Shown here: positions 52,151-64,000 of the stretch, piece after piece
How positions within the stretch are numbered: the stretch's first letter is position 1
Layout: each line of letters opens with the position of its first letter
Source of the DNA: Octopus sinensis
Taxonomy: Eukaryota
DNA: 64,000 bases
Direction: 5' to 3'
Assembly: GCF_006345805.1 (NCBI RefSeq)
Contig: NC_043009.1
Coordinates: 19,344,001 to 19,408,000 of the forward strand
Program-made: the position numbers and the translations under genes
Notes under the pieces: generated by a model
Told to the model about the DNA's origin: nothing
Database searches by the model: none
Seen by the model: the letters and a program-made list of their open reading frames with translations, nothing else

Positions 52151-52807
52151 GACATCAGAGACTTGCTAAGTCTAGGTGTACACCGAGGTAGATGCAGCCA
52201 TAAATAAAAGTCATAATGATATTTAGGTTGGAGCAATGGGAAGTTGTGATGTTCTTGCCTTTCCTACTGACACAAACAGCATTTGTGGTTTCTGAGATTG
52301 ATGGTGGAGGTATAGGTTTATTTTAATATTGCTTATCATCTGATCACTCTGATCCACAAGACGTTCAATCAAAGGCATTCCAGCCATGCCTATCCTGTCT
52401 TTTTAGGATCGTGTACAACTTCATTGTCAAATAAGTCCTTTCTTTAAGGCAGTAGGATGGTATTTCAGGGAAATTTAATTGTTGGCCATTTAAATGACCA
52501 CACAGAGGCTGTCATTTCATGACTCATTGATATTATTGGTAGTGGAGTTGGTGGAGGTGGTAGTGGTAGTGGTGGTGGTGGTGATGTTGATCTTATTTAG
52601 TTTATTTCCTAAAGGTAGGTTCCCATATCTTATTATTGTCATATATAACGTAATGTTTGGCTTTACATCACCCCATGGCATTTAGCTGTTTGCCTCCTCC
52701 TCCTCATCATCATCATCATCATCGCCATCATTCTCATCATCATCCACCGTCTCAGCTTCCTTGTATCTTCATTTCCTGTGAAATCTTTTGAAACAAAGAT
52801 GCATACA

Positions 52808-52961
52808 TCATCATCATTATCATCATCATCGTTTAGCGTCCGTTTTCCATGCTAGCATGGGTTGGACGGTTCTACTGGGGTCTGTGAAGCCAGAAGGCTT
52901 CATCAGGCCCAGTCAAATCTGGCAGTGTGACTGGGCCTGATGAAGCCTTCTGGCTTCACAG

Positions 52962-52962
<1 letters not shown>
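52808..52962 (-). mobile_element. RTE tail fragment ending in a perfect fold-back
   Basis: (CAT)n, then tail consensus, then a 35-bp inverted duplication. Confidence 0.9.
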
Positions 52963-53012
<50 letters not shown>

Positions 53013-53164
53013 TATATAGAAAGAGAGAGAGAGAGAAATATAGATGTGTGTGTGTGTATTATTTTCTCCTTGTTTGATATCATTTCTATCGATATCTTCT
53101 TTTCTCTTAAAACAACAAAACTACATTTTCTTGTCCTCATTGACTCTATTCAGCAATGCAAGGC

Positions 53165-53550
53165 ACACACACACACAACTCTATGATTTGGGGTTCAGTC
53201 CCACTGTGTGGCACCTTTGGCAAGTGTCTTCTACTATAGCACCAGGCCAACCAAAGTCTTATGTGTGGATTTTGCAGATGGAAATTAAAAGAAGCCCATT
53301 GTATACTCACTCACACACGTGTGTGTGTGTCTGTGTTTATCTCCCACCACCACTTGACAACTGGATTTGTGCGTTTACATCCCTGTGACTTAGGGGTTCA
53401 GTAAAAGGGTCCAATAGAAAAAGGACCAGGCTTAAAAAATTAAGAAAAAACGACAAGTACTTGGGTTGATTCATTCAACTAAGCAAACTTTAAGATGGTG
53501 CCCCAGCATGGCCGTAGTCTATTGATTGAAACCAGTAAAAGACTAAAAGA
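53165..53550 (+). mobile_element. Diverged SINE family B
   Basis: GGGTTCAGTCCCACTG...GGCAAGTGTCTTCTACTATAGC...CCAGCATGGCC. Confidence 0.8.
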
Positions 53551-53709
53551 CTTGTGGGTCACTTGTCGTACTCAGTTTTGTGCATGTTTGTGTTTGAATA
53601 ATTTTGTAGGAATATTAATTCAATTTGTCTAGAAAAAAGGTCAGTATTCAAACAGTAGCAGTTGAGTTCATTATGTATGTGTGTGTATAAATATATATAT
53701 ATCATCATA

Positions 53710-53743
<34 letters not shown>

Positions 53744-55959
53744 CATGCATGCATACCTACATAGTGTGTATAGTATCGAATACTAATGGTTTTTCCTGGT
53801 ACATATACACTGCTCAGTAATATCCTACAGTGTCTATATCTGTTACAAGTGAGATGTTTGTCCAGTATATTACTGGTACCAGTTTCATTGACTTTATCTG
53901 GATGCTATAAAATGAAGTCCCTGCCAAAAGCTGCCAAGATCTCCCAGAATTATGACCAGCATATTGACCAATGTGTTATTATTTTTACCCAACTTTCTGT
54001 CTCACCGCTGTCCTTTATGTATTCCTCAGTTCTCTGCTCCATATAATGTCTCTATTGATTTGTGTCCACTGGTCATGACTGTTCATGCGTGCTGTTTATT
54101 GTTTCCCTACTGTGAAGCAAATCATGTGACAGTGAGTTGTAATTCTCACTTTCAACTGTTGCTGAATTAACAACACTTGTTAATTGATGCTGTTAATTGC
54201 TTTTATATACATATGAAAACCGTAATTATTCTAGAATTTTAGAATTTATAACTTGAAAACCCCTTTTGTATTCTGTAAGTATTCTTAAGCTGTAAACTAT
54301 TTAAAACATGTTATGTTCTTTCAATGTTACAATAATAATAATTTAGAAAAATCATGTCAGTTATTCATCCTGTTGAGTTTGGGTAGGATTACGACACACG
54401 GCTTTCTGTTTCATTAATGTTCTTTTGTCATAAATAATTTAGATTAATCCTGATTAGTTGTGGCATCTTTTTAAAGTAATTTAATGGTAATTTTAGAAAT
54501 GTAAAATGAGTTATCATTAATTGGTTTTACAATTTCTATACAAGATATATATATATATATATATATATAAATTTATATATTGTTCAAAGACTATAAAGAA
54601 GATATCTGCTTTTATGAAATTCTTTTACTAATTCTTGAATAAGCTTACATGGTTGTTTTACTTGCTAGAAATAACACCCAAATCTCCTTCAAATCATTCT
54701 TTGCCCTCTTAAAAAGGAGGACACATTGAATAATGTAGCCCTAGACACACTGTGCCAGAAATAGACATTATGAAATGGTCATTGCTAGGACATCTTTGGT
54801 CATAGATTATCTTGAACAGGAGCGACCTGGCACTAAACACCAGTAACTGCTCACCAAAGTATCATGTTTGTTTCAACTGATTTACATCGTCCCCTCTCCG
54901 GCTCAGCAACCCCACACTTCACAGATTGAGCCATCCAGCACACCACTCCACTGCTACACTCAGCACTCCACTCGTCATTTAGAATAACAACAACAACAAT
55001 TATCTCACACTCAGTTCTACTGTGACACCATTATGAGCAATCGATGAGGGAGTCTCTTCATTCTTGCTTGACTGGCCAGAAATAGCAGCCAAATCTCAAA
55101 TCTTAAAACTGGGGATGGTACGTTAAATAATGCACTGACATTCCTAAAAAAAAGGATAGGATGATCATGGTTGAAATGTCTTTAATTATAAGTCAATCAG
55201 GGTTGACCTGGGACAAGTATACAGAAATTGAGTGAACACAAGAGAGAGAACAAGATGTCCAGGTTGTCACCTGACACCCATTGTCAGAGTCTACAGAATC
55301 AATGGGATTCTGAGAAATAGACTGGACACTGGAGATAATATGTCCAGACACTGCCCCACACATGACTCATCATGGTATGCTGCTGTGTGGACAATATGGG
55401 GCTTAGCTAGGCTTACCTGCAAAACTAGATCTGTGCTAATGTTTCTGTTTCAATATCAAGTTTTGTGATGTGAATATCAGATTTATTCTTTACATTTCTA
55501 CTTCTGCTTCCCACCCCTACCCCAATCTTATGTGTGTGCACACGTACACACACACACACACACACACACAATACACCTGTACACATACAAACCCTCACAT
55601 CATTATCTACTGAAATTCTCCCACTCTCTCTACTCTACTTAATCAAAAAAGGAAAAGACCTCATCACCTTCAAATGGTATCTGGACAAATCTGTAAAGGA
55701 TAGGAGCCAAGACACCTCTACCTTGGTACAACTCCCTGAATGGGCCATGATACCACAAAGTATGACTTTAAAATGACCAAACAAATTCTATCAGCTGGTG
55801 CCATAAAGTTGTATTGTATACAGTGCCCCTGAGCACTATACAATAGGTTAATTACATATTATATATATAAATGGTCTGGGCCAATTTTAGCTGAAACAAC
55901 ATACCTAAGTTAATCTTACACACATACATGTGCATACTAAATATGCATATATATATATA

Positions 55960-56655
55960 GCATGATCCGCTGGATGTGTAGTGTCAGTGTGCACGTAAAA
56001 CAGAGTGTAAGTATCCTGAGAGAAATGCTGGATATAAGAAGCATCAGATGTGGTGTGCAAGAGCGACGCTTGCGATGGTATGGTCATGTGCTGCGGATGG
56101 ATGAAGAGAGATGTGTGAAGAAGTGCCACTCCCAAACAGTTGAAGGTATCAGGGGGAGAGGTAGACCCAGGAAGACATGGGATGAGGTGGTCAAGCATGA
56201 CCTCAGAGCATTGGGCCTCACTGAGGCAATGGCGAAGGACCGAGATCTCTGGAGATATGCTGTGACTACAAAGACCCGGGCTGCTTTCTGCAGCAATTCC
56301 ACATACCCCCTACCCATTCTAAGTACCCCGGATCCCCAAAGTACCCTGGATCCCCAAAGTATCCCGATCCCCAAAGTACCCCGGACCTCGTTGCCCCCGT
56401 GCCGCTGACACGTTAAAATGCTCGAACCGATCGTGACGATGCCGGACCCTCCGGCCCCTGTGCAGGTGGCACGTAAAAAGCACCCAATCCACTCACGGAG
56501 TGGTTGGCGTTAGGAAGGGCATCCAGCCGTAGAAACTCTGCCAGATTCAGACTGGAGCCTGGTGCGGCCCCTGGCTTCCTAGACCCGGTCAAACCGTCCA
56601 ACCCGTGCTAGCGCGGAAAGCGGACGTTAAACGATGATGATGATGATGATGATGA
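55960..56655 (+). mobile_element. Young 5'-truncated RTE LINE (intact C-terminal ORF, 3' UTR, GAT tail)
   Basis: MIRWMC...RRLRWYGHVLRM...GRGRPRKTW...DRDLWR, an 18-bp tandem repeat at 56321-56387, and the canonical tail. Confidence 0.95.
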
Positions 56656-56686
56656 CATATATATGTGTGTGTGTGTGTGTGTTTAT

Positions 56687-56960
56687 GCGGGTTGCGTGTT
56701 GTGTTCTCGAGCAAGGCACTTTATTTCACGTTGCTCCAGTTCACTCAGCTGTAGAAATGAGTTGCGACGTCACTGGTGCCAAGCTGTATCGACCTTTGTC
56801 TTTCCCTTGGATAACACTGGTGGCGTGGAGAGGGGAGGCCGGTATGCATGGGCGACTGCTGGCCTTCCATAAACAACCTTGCCCGGACTTGTATCTAGGA
56901 AGGTAACTTTCTAGGTGCAATCCCATGGTCATTCATGACCGAAGGGGGTCTTTACCCCTT
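56687..56960 (+). mobile_element. Third SINE family (related copy near 41350-41640)
   Basis: GAGCAAGGCACTTTATTTCACGTTGCTCCAGTTCACTCAGCTG...AAATGAG central domain shared by both copies. Confidence 0.7.
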
Positions 56961-57641
56961 ATATATATATATATATATTTATATATGTATATATGATCGT
57001 GTGTGTGTTGTGGTAGTATGTGGTAGTATGTACTACTATTTCAAAGAGAGTAATAATTTATTGTGGGAATTGGTGATTTCAGGCTCCCACAGTTTCCAGT
57101 CATTTTCATCTGAGTTTGGGAATCTGTAGTGAGGATTTGAGAAGTCTTTGTTGTATTTACAGGTTGTAGTTTTGGTTTGACTGTACCTGGATTCCTCGGT
57201 GCAGTTTTTGTTTGTTTTTGCTTTCACTGGTTTTTATCTTTTAATGTCGGTAGAATTTGTTTGTGTGTAGGGGAATGTCTGTTAGTTTGGACAATAGTTC
57301 TGTAAAGAGATGGAACAAGATATGATTGGTCTCTACAATGGCTAATTTGGCTATTAAAAGGAGGGAAAGGGAGAGGGAGGTGTGTAGAAGAAGAAAAAGG
57401 AAGAGAGAGAGAGAACAACCTATTTTGGAAGATGGAATATAGAGAGCAGTAGAATTGTAATTCTTTTGGCTTAAGTCTTTTTTTTTGTTTGAAGGTCATT
57501 TGGGGTCAGTGAGAATTGTGATGATATACAATGGTAGTAGAATTAGTTGGTTGCCTGGTTGGTTGGTGGGTAAGTTTTGTTGTGATTGAGGTGTATGTTA
57601 AATACATTGTGTTGGTCTTTAATTGTGGTCAAAGAATGACT

Positions 57642-57861
57642 TTAACCCTGCAGCATTCAAATTACTCAAGCAAATGTAATGATTATCTGTTCTCATTGAT
57701 TTAAGTTAATTATACGTTATTGTGTTGTTTCAGACTTTTCATCACAAGATTGTTTATTTTTATAATGACATTGCAGGATAGGTGTGAGAGACCAGATCTG
57801 ACTTGTTTGAATATAGAACAAGTAGAACATTTGGGTTGGATATGGTCGGTTGAAATGCTAA

Positions 57862-57865
<4 letters not shown>
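57642..57865. mobile_element. piggyBac-like MITE (uninterrupted version of the host element at 47205-48673)
   Basis: TTAA|CCCT..GCATTCA...TGAAATGCTAAAGG. Interior matches the flanks of the second mariner. Confidence 0.7.
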
Positions 57866-57904
<39 letters not shown>

Positions 57905-58746
57905 TGTGTAACAACATGGGGGCATGATACCATCTTTCAACTCATTAAATTATGTTAAACCATCCAACCCCTGCCAGTATGGAAGGTGGAAATAAAATGA
58001 ACGCACACACATACAAGATTTTTGTTATTCAGCTATACTCTACCTTGTGTAGTGAGTACGAAATTCTCCCATGCTTTTAGAACTTGTGAATTGCATCATG
58101 GTTTGTACAAGTAATGATGGTGGACATGTTGACTATTAACAATCACAAGAATAAATCTGTTGAAACATGAAGTAAATTCTTTCATTGTTTTTCTTTACAC
58201 AGATTAATTCTACCATTTGTAGAATTAACTTTATATGAATTTAAATTTGCTCAAGGACTTTATGATGGTTATGCATTATGTGGTGTAGGGTGGGGGTGGT
58301 GTGGGGAGAGGCTGTGCTTGTGGTTATTGAAGGTCCACTAAGACTGATGAGATTGATGTGATTAATGGTTTACTTTGAACACCTTCAGGAAGATATGTGG
58401 GCAAGCAGAGAATTATATAGATCTGGATGGGTTCTGGGAAGTGAGGTACTGAGAGGGTGACAAAAGTGGGGACAGAGTGAGAGAGAGAGAGAGAGTAAGA
58501 GAGTATGAAAGGAGCTAGTTCGGTGGGACAAAGTAGAGGAGGAAAAGGGAAGCAGAGGAGGATGTACTGATTGCAATTTGAAGAGCCAGTACCAATTTGA
58601 AGAATACTGGAAAATCTGTGAATTAAAAAAAAAGCAAAAAAAAAAGCAAAGAAAAGCAAAGAAAAACAAAATCCCCTGAAGTTAGATTAGATCTTTGAAA
58701 CTATTTCCATCTTTAAAAAAAAACTATACTTTCTCATCTCTTCCAG

Positions 58747-58900
58747 TCTCCTCTCGGTCTGTGTTATATTTGGAGCTCATTTAACAGCTGCTGAGTCTCT
58801 TCAGTCAAGTACTGGCACCACCATTTCAAGTGATGCATCAATAGAGGTTCCATGCTTGCCTACCATTGCTCTAGATGCAAGTTCTACACCCCTTGCAGTG
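58747..58900 (+). CDS. Candidate downstream exon of the same gene (LLSVCVIFGAHLTAAESLQSSTG...ASSTPLAV)
   Basis: Acceptor tttctcatctcttccag|, donor |gtaggt. Only the phase-2 frame is open, which is the phase left by exon 49944-50080. Confidence 0.35.
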
Positions 58901-59560
58901 GTAGGTAGTAACTTTATGTCTAATTGTGCTTTTATCACCCACTTCATGTTAATGATGGGAGCCCATCAAAGCTGCACAATTGGCTGCTATCTCCCCCTCC
59001 CTCCCCCCTTTCATTTGTAGTTGATTACTCTGCTAACCACTGTAGATTCTGTTAGTACTAATTTCATGTAATACTGCTTATCCCCCTTCCCTCCACTACC
59101 ACCACCACCACCACCACATCCTCACCCCCACATTCCAGTTTAGCATTTATTCTTATTTTAGAATATTATTGCATTTCAAGACACAAAATTATCAAAAACA
59201 CAATTTTATGATTATAAAAAAAAAATCAAAAATCAAAAAAAAAAACCCTATAAACATTACCATTCTTGCAATTCTGTTTCTTCTGGCACTTTAATGTCCT
59301 GAGCTCAAATCTGACCAGTGGTCAGCTTTTGAGGCAGCAAACTAGCAGAATTGTTTGCTGGACAAAACGTGTAGCAGCATTTCAACTGTCTTTACATTCT
59401 GGGTTCAATATCTGCCAAGGTTGACTTTACCGTTCACCCTTTTGGGGCCAATAAAAATAAATACCAGCTGAGCACTGAGATCGACATCATTGACTTAGCC
59501 CTGCTTCCAAAATTTCAGACCTTCTGCCTATGGTACAATGGATTGTTAATATTATTATCA

Positions 59561-59594
<34 letters not shown>

Positions 59595-62500
59595 AATTCT
59601 GCCAAGATTGACTTTGCCTTTCATCCTTTTGGGGTTGATTAAATAATTACCAGTTATACACTGGAGTTGATATAATCGACTTAATCCCTTCCCCTAAATT
59701 TCAGGCCTTGTGCCTTCGGTAGAAAGGATTATTATTATTATTATTAATATTATTAATTTTAACCCTCAAAATTTCTCATTAATATGAAATGATCAAATTA
59801 TCATTTATAAAGTGAAGCAATTACATGTAATTAAAGGATTAATTAGTTTGGCTTCTTCCCCCCCCCCCATGTGTTTTACCAGCTTATAGAATTATCTCAG
59901 TGTTATCTAAGACTGTTGGAACAGTTTTGCATCCTCAGAATATATTTGATGTGAGTCAGGGTAGACGAGAAAGTGTTGCTTAGTGTTCATTGAAGCTTGT
60001 GGTGTGTAGGGGTGGTACTAGTGATATATTGGGGGCTTTGTAGTTGTTTAGCCCCAGCTCAGGAGTAGGCAAACTTTGGATTGCACACATCCCAGCCTTG
60101 ACCATCCTGTCTTTGCTGAAGATGTATAAATGTATCCAGGATATATTTTAGCACTGTATACATAAGTCTTTTCTCTTTTTCAATCTGGTAGAGTGTGATT
60201 TGAGGGAGATTTGCCTGCTATTTCTGATAGATTCTTCATGGAACTGTTAAATAAAGAAGCTTAGCTGTTTGTGATGTAACAGGATTGTAAACATTTGCTG
60301 TTGTCTCTCACTATTTCATAAGAGTTATCGAATATTAAGACCAATTCTAGAAAACTAGAAATCTAGTGATAGTCTGTGTTGGTAAGAATTAGTCCAGTAG
60401 AGTTCATAGAAGTTTGGTAAATCTAGTTGCCATGAGTGATAAAGAATCTAATGTTTCAAACACTTGATGTGTGTCTGAGAGTGAAGAAGAGAAAGTGTCG
60501 TTGTTGCTTTGGTTGCAAACAAGTAACAATGTCAGTTGTGTTTAGTCTGTATATAAACATGGTTCTTCTATCAAAAATATTCCATAGAATATAATTCTGC
60601 AACTACAAGTTGCATCTGATTCTCTTTTCACTACATTGCAATCACCAGGAACTGCTGCCACATTACAAAAAACAAAAAATCGAAACAAAATCACAATACT
60701 GACATTTACTAACAAATTATAACTAATTACACAGATTTAATTTCACAAACATGAATTCCAATTAATATTATACCATTAACCTTTCATAGAATTGTTTGTA
60801 ATAAAACCATGCTTTTGGAAATTTTAATATCTTAAAATCATTGATTATTGGCATGAAGTTTGCAACCATCATTAATAGCATCTTTAAAACTGTGATGTTT
60901 GGGCTATGATTCATCTCCATTTATGTGTAAAACCATTCCTTCTCAAAACTCTATCTTATTTCCTAATATTATTCCTCTCATTAGTTTTCATCTGCTTCCC
61001 AGCCACAAGGATTTCGGTTCAGCTCCACGGTTCAGTAACATAGACATACGTCCTTTCTTTTATGGCCCTGTGCTGACCAAAGACTTCAAAGAGATTGCTG
61101 TTGGTCTGCATCAACAGGACTTGTATTTTTCAGTAAAATCAACAAAAAAGAGTTCTGTGAACTTGCCATGGAAAACCCAACATTTTGGACAGAGTTGCTC
61201 TTTGGAGAAAACTTCATAAAAGAGAAATTTCTCTCCTGCCAACTTCCCTGAAGAAGGACTTGTTCAAAATGGATTTTCCTCTTCCCATAACATCTGAACA
61301 CAACTCTTTTTGTTCATTTTATCATATATATACTCGGACATGAGTTTTTTTTGTTTAATTTATCTTTCATTACACTGCCCCCCCCTCTCTCTCTCTTCCA
61401 CACACACCAATCAATTGTGTGAAGTTCAATAAAGATCAGTTATATCTCACAATAGAAAAACTGTAATGTTGTTTAGCCCCAGGAGAGCCCTGATTGAGCA
61501 GAGTTATGATCAAAGGTGTTACATTCATGACCATTTCAGCTACATATGTGTGTCCATAACTAATTATCTAACTTGTCCTTCCATCTTGAAGACAGTAGAG
61601 TGTGATTTGATTGTTATTTCTCTCAAACTGAATGGCCACTGAGATATCATTAAGGAATTAAATTGATAGTATTTTCCCACCCCTAATTAGTAAAAACCTT
61701 CCTTTATTTCTTCAATAATTCTCAGTTTTCAGTTCCTGATGCCCAATTTTTGTCCACTCCAATTTACCATTCTGTCATGTCTCTGGTTGTCTTCTGTCTC
61801 TTTTATTGTCTCCTGGAATTCAGTCTGTTGTCACTCATCTTTGAGATGTGTCTAATCCAAATATATTTCAACAGTTTTATCAATTTAACAATGTTTGTGG
61901 GACAAACTGGGAATTACATATTCTGTCTGCTTTCATTCATTTCTGGCCATATTTCTTGTGGAACTCAATGGCCATGTTTTAATTAATTTTGAAAATAACA
62001 ATTTGGAGGGATTTTGTAAAATAATAACTTTTTCTATTTGTTTCATCCATAGCTATGAGTCTGACAAAATACACTTTGTCAGAATCATGGTTATGGGTTA
62101 AACATACTGGCACTCAGATTTTTTTGAGTTCTTTGGTCTAAGTGGCCTAGCCATGTTCCTTTGAACCTGTCACCTTTAAGAAGTTTCCCAATATTAATCT
62201 GGTTTTTGGAAAATAACAAAATGTTCTTGCATTGAGTTATGATGGAAGATTTTACTCTTATATCTGAACAGTTTAACTTTGGAAGTTTCTGTTAAAAAAA
62301 AAGGGGGTGGCTTTGGGCAGATTAAAAGGGTTAAGCATCTCTTGCACAAGATTACCAGTGATCATTGTTGCTTGTTGTAAAGATGAAATATTTTAGATTT
62401 TCTTATTTTTACATATTTATCTTTGTTTGTTTTTTACTAACAAACCTGGTTTTATTCTTACCTGAATGTGATTGAGTGCTTTTTTAATGTTAAAACTTCC

Positions 62501-64000
62501 AATCCAGTTTATATTTGATAGTAATATTTCTGGAAACATTATATACTTTGATAAATTACTCACCTATTTCTAATTGCCATTTGTAAAACAATTGTTGTTA
62601 TTTGAGGGAGATATGGCTGCTATTTTTAGCAGGTTGAGTGACCCTATAGAATGTCACTCATTGGCTCTGTAACATTCCAGGAGGAAGATTTCTGGTTACT
62701 GTAGTAGAATGATTTTATTACTTAATTACCTCCTGAAACACGATTAAAATGCTTTCAGGTGGGTTAATTAATTTATTCATTTGTTTATTTTTTACTACTT
62801 TAAACTCTAACTAAAACAAAAATTCTGTCCTTATGACTAAACATAACCATTGTTTTATATTTCAGAATTCCTGAAATATCCCACAGTTGTAATGTTTAGA
62901 ATGAAGTGTTATAAATAATAAAAGTTACATAGTAGAGGTAGACAATCAGAGGGAGGAGGGCCACATGACAAATAAAGAAATACCAAACCATCAAGGAATG
63001 AGGAATGTTATGTGGGTTATGATGAAAATGGAAGAGAAATAGGTTTCTTTTTTTTATTTATTAATTTTCATCATTGTCTGGAAGAACCGGCAATGGTCAT
63101 GTGTCATTTCTTTTCTTCTTTGAACAAAAAGAAAAACAAATGAATATTTGGTTCGTTATTTGAATACAATTTCAATATGATTTTGTAATTTAAATATAAT
63201 TTAGCTATTTAAATATTCATCCACATATGTCGATATAATGTTAATATTACAAATACCGTGAAATACTGACCACATATGTAGATATAATAATTAGTTGTAT
63301 AAAAGACAATGAAACACTAATGATTCAAAATACTTTTTTAGCGGCAATATTTCTTGATGCTATTTTGTCAGATATTCTGCTTAATTAAAAAGCATGCTGT
63401 CTATTAATTATTTTAGATTAAACTAACAGTAGTAATTAGAATGAATACTCTTTACTCTGTGTAAACATTTAAATAGATGTTTTAATATAACATGAAATAA
63501 ATTTAGTACCAAATAAATTAAAAGTTATTAAATATTTTCTTAATTTTGATAATAAATAGATTTCATACTTTTTTATTGAATAATTTATCTGTTTTGTATT
63601 TTTTGTACATTTATATATAATCTAATATATTTCTTGGATAAGACAAATCTGTACATAATCTACAACTTTACCAAATATTATTCTTCCACAAGAAATCTGT
63701 GCAAATTCTACAACTCTTTATTTCACTCTTTATTCTTCTGCTAGCTTTAAGTTTTCCTTAAAACTTATCCTTCTCCTGCTATACTCAACACTGCCATAGT
63801 TTGAAGCTTGCTTTTAATATGTTGACATTTATTACAAGAGAAATTTATGTTTGTATGAAATTTTAAACCCTGTAACAAGATCATATTAATGTAAAGTTAT
63901 TTTAATTTAACGATTTTTATGAAGATGTATCTAATGATAAATAGCAGCAAGTGATTGGTTGGTTGGTTGGTAGCATATAAAATTAGCCCCACAATTAGTG

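Noticed and set aside
60899-61301. Overlapping 106-aa and 71-aa ORFs in unique sequence
   Set aside because: No homology recognised and no consistent acceptor/donor pair; an exon cannot be excluded without transcript data.

Overview
AT-rich, repeat-dense eukaryotic genomic DNA. The SINE and LINE families and the microsatellite load point to a coleoid cephalopod, most likely Octopus (inference from repeat recognition, no search run). One complete protein-coding gene is reconstructable: polyprenol/polyprenal reductase SRD5A3 on the minus strand, with 5 coding exons (27601 down to 1870), a 900-nt CDS and 299 aa, all splice phases consistent. A second, unidentified plus-strand gene probably has its first coding exon at 49932-50080 and a candidate next exon at 58747-58900. 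Most of the rest is mobile DNA: RTE LINEs and their 3' tails, a Gypsy (Mag-like) relic with LTR and PBS, a Penelope-like relic with a degenerate hammerhead, two mariners, a Helitron, R4/Dong-like and Tx1-like LINE ends embedded in (TAA)n and (GATA)n microsatellites, Merlin-type MITEs around the SRD5A3 promoter, piggyBac-like MITEs and several tRNA-SINE families. The most notable observations are a cluster of microsatellite-embedded retroelements in which a SINE shares its 3' tail with a Tx1-like LINE, paired palindromic MITEs bracketing a promoter, and repeated short fold-back hairpins. There are no prokaryotic features (no CRISPR, no operons). Almost all ORFs in the supplied track are microsatellite or repeat artefacts.
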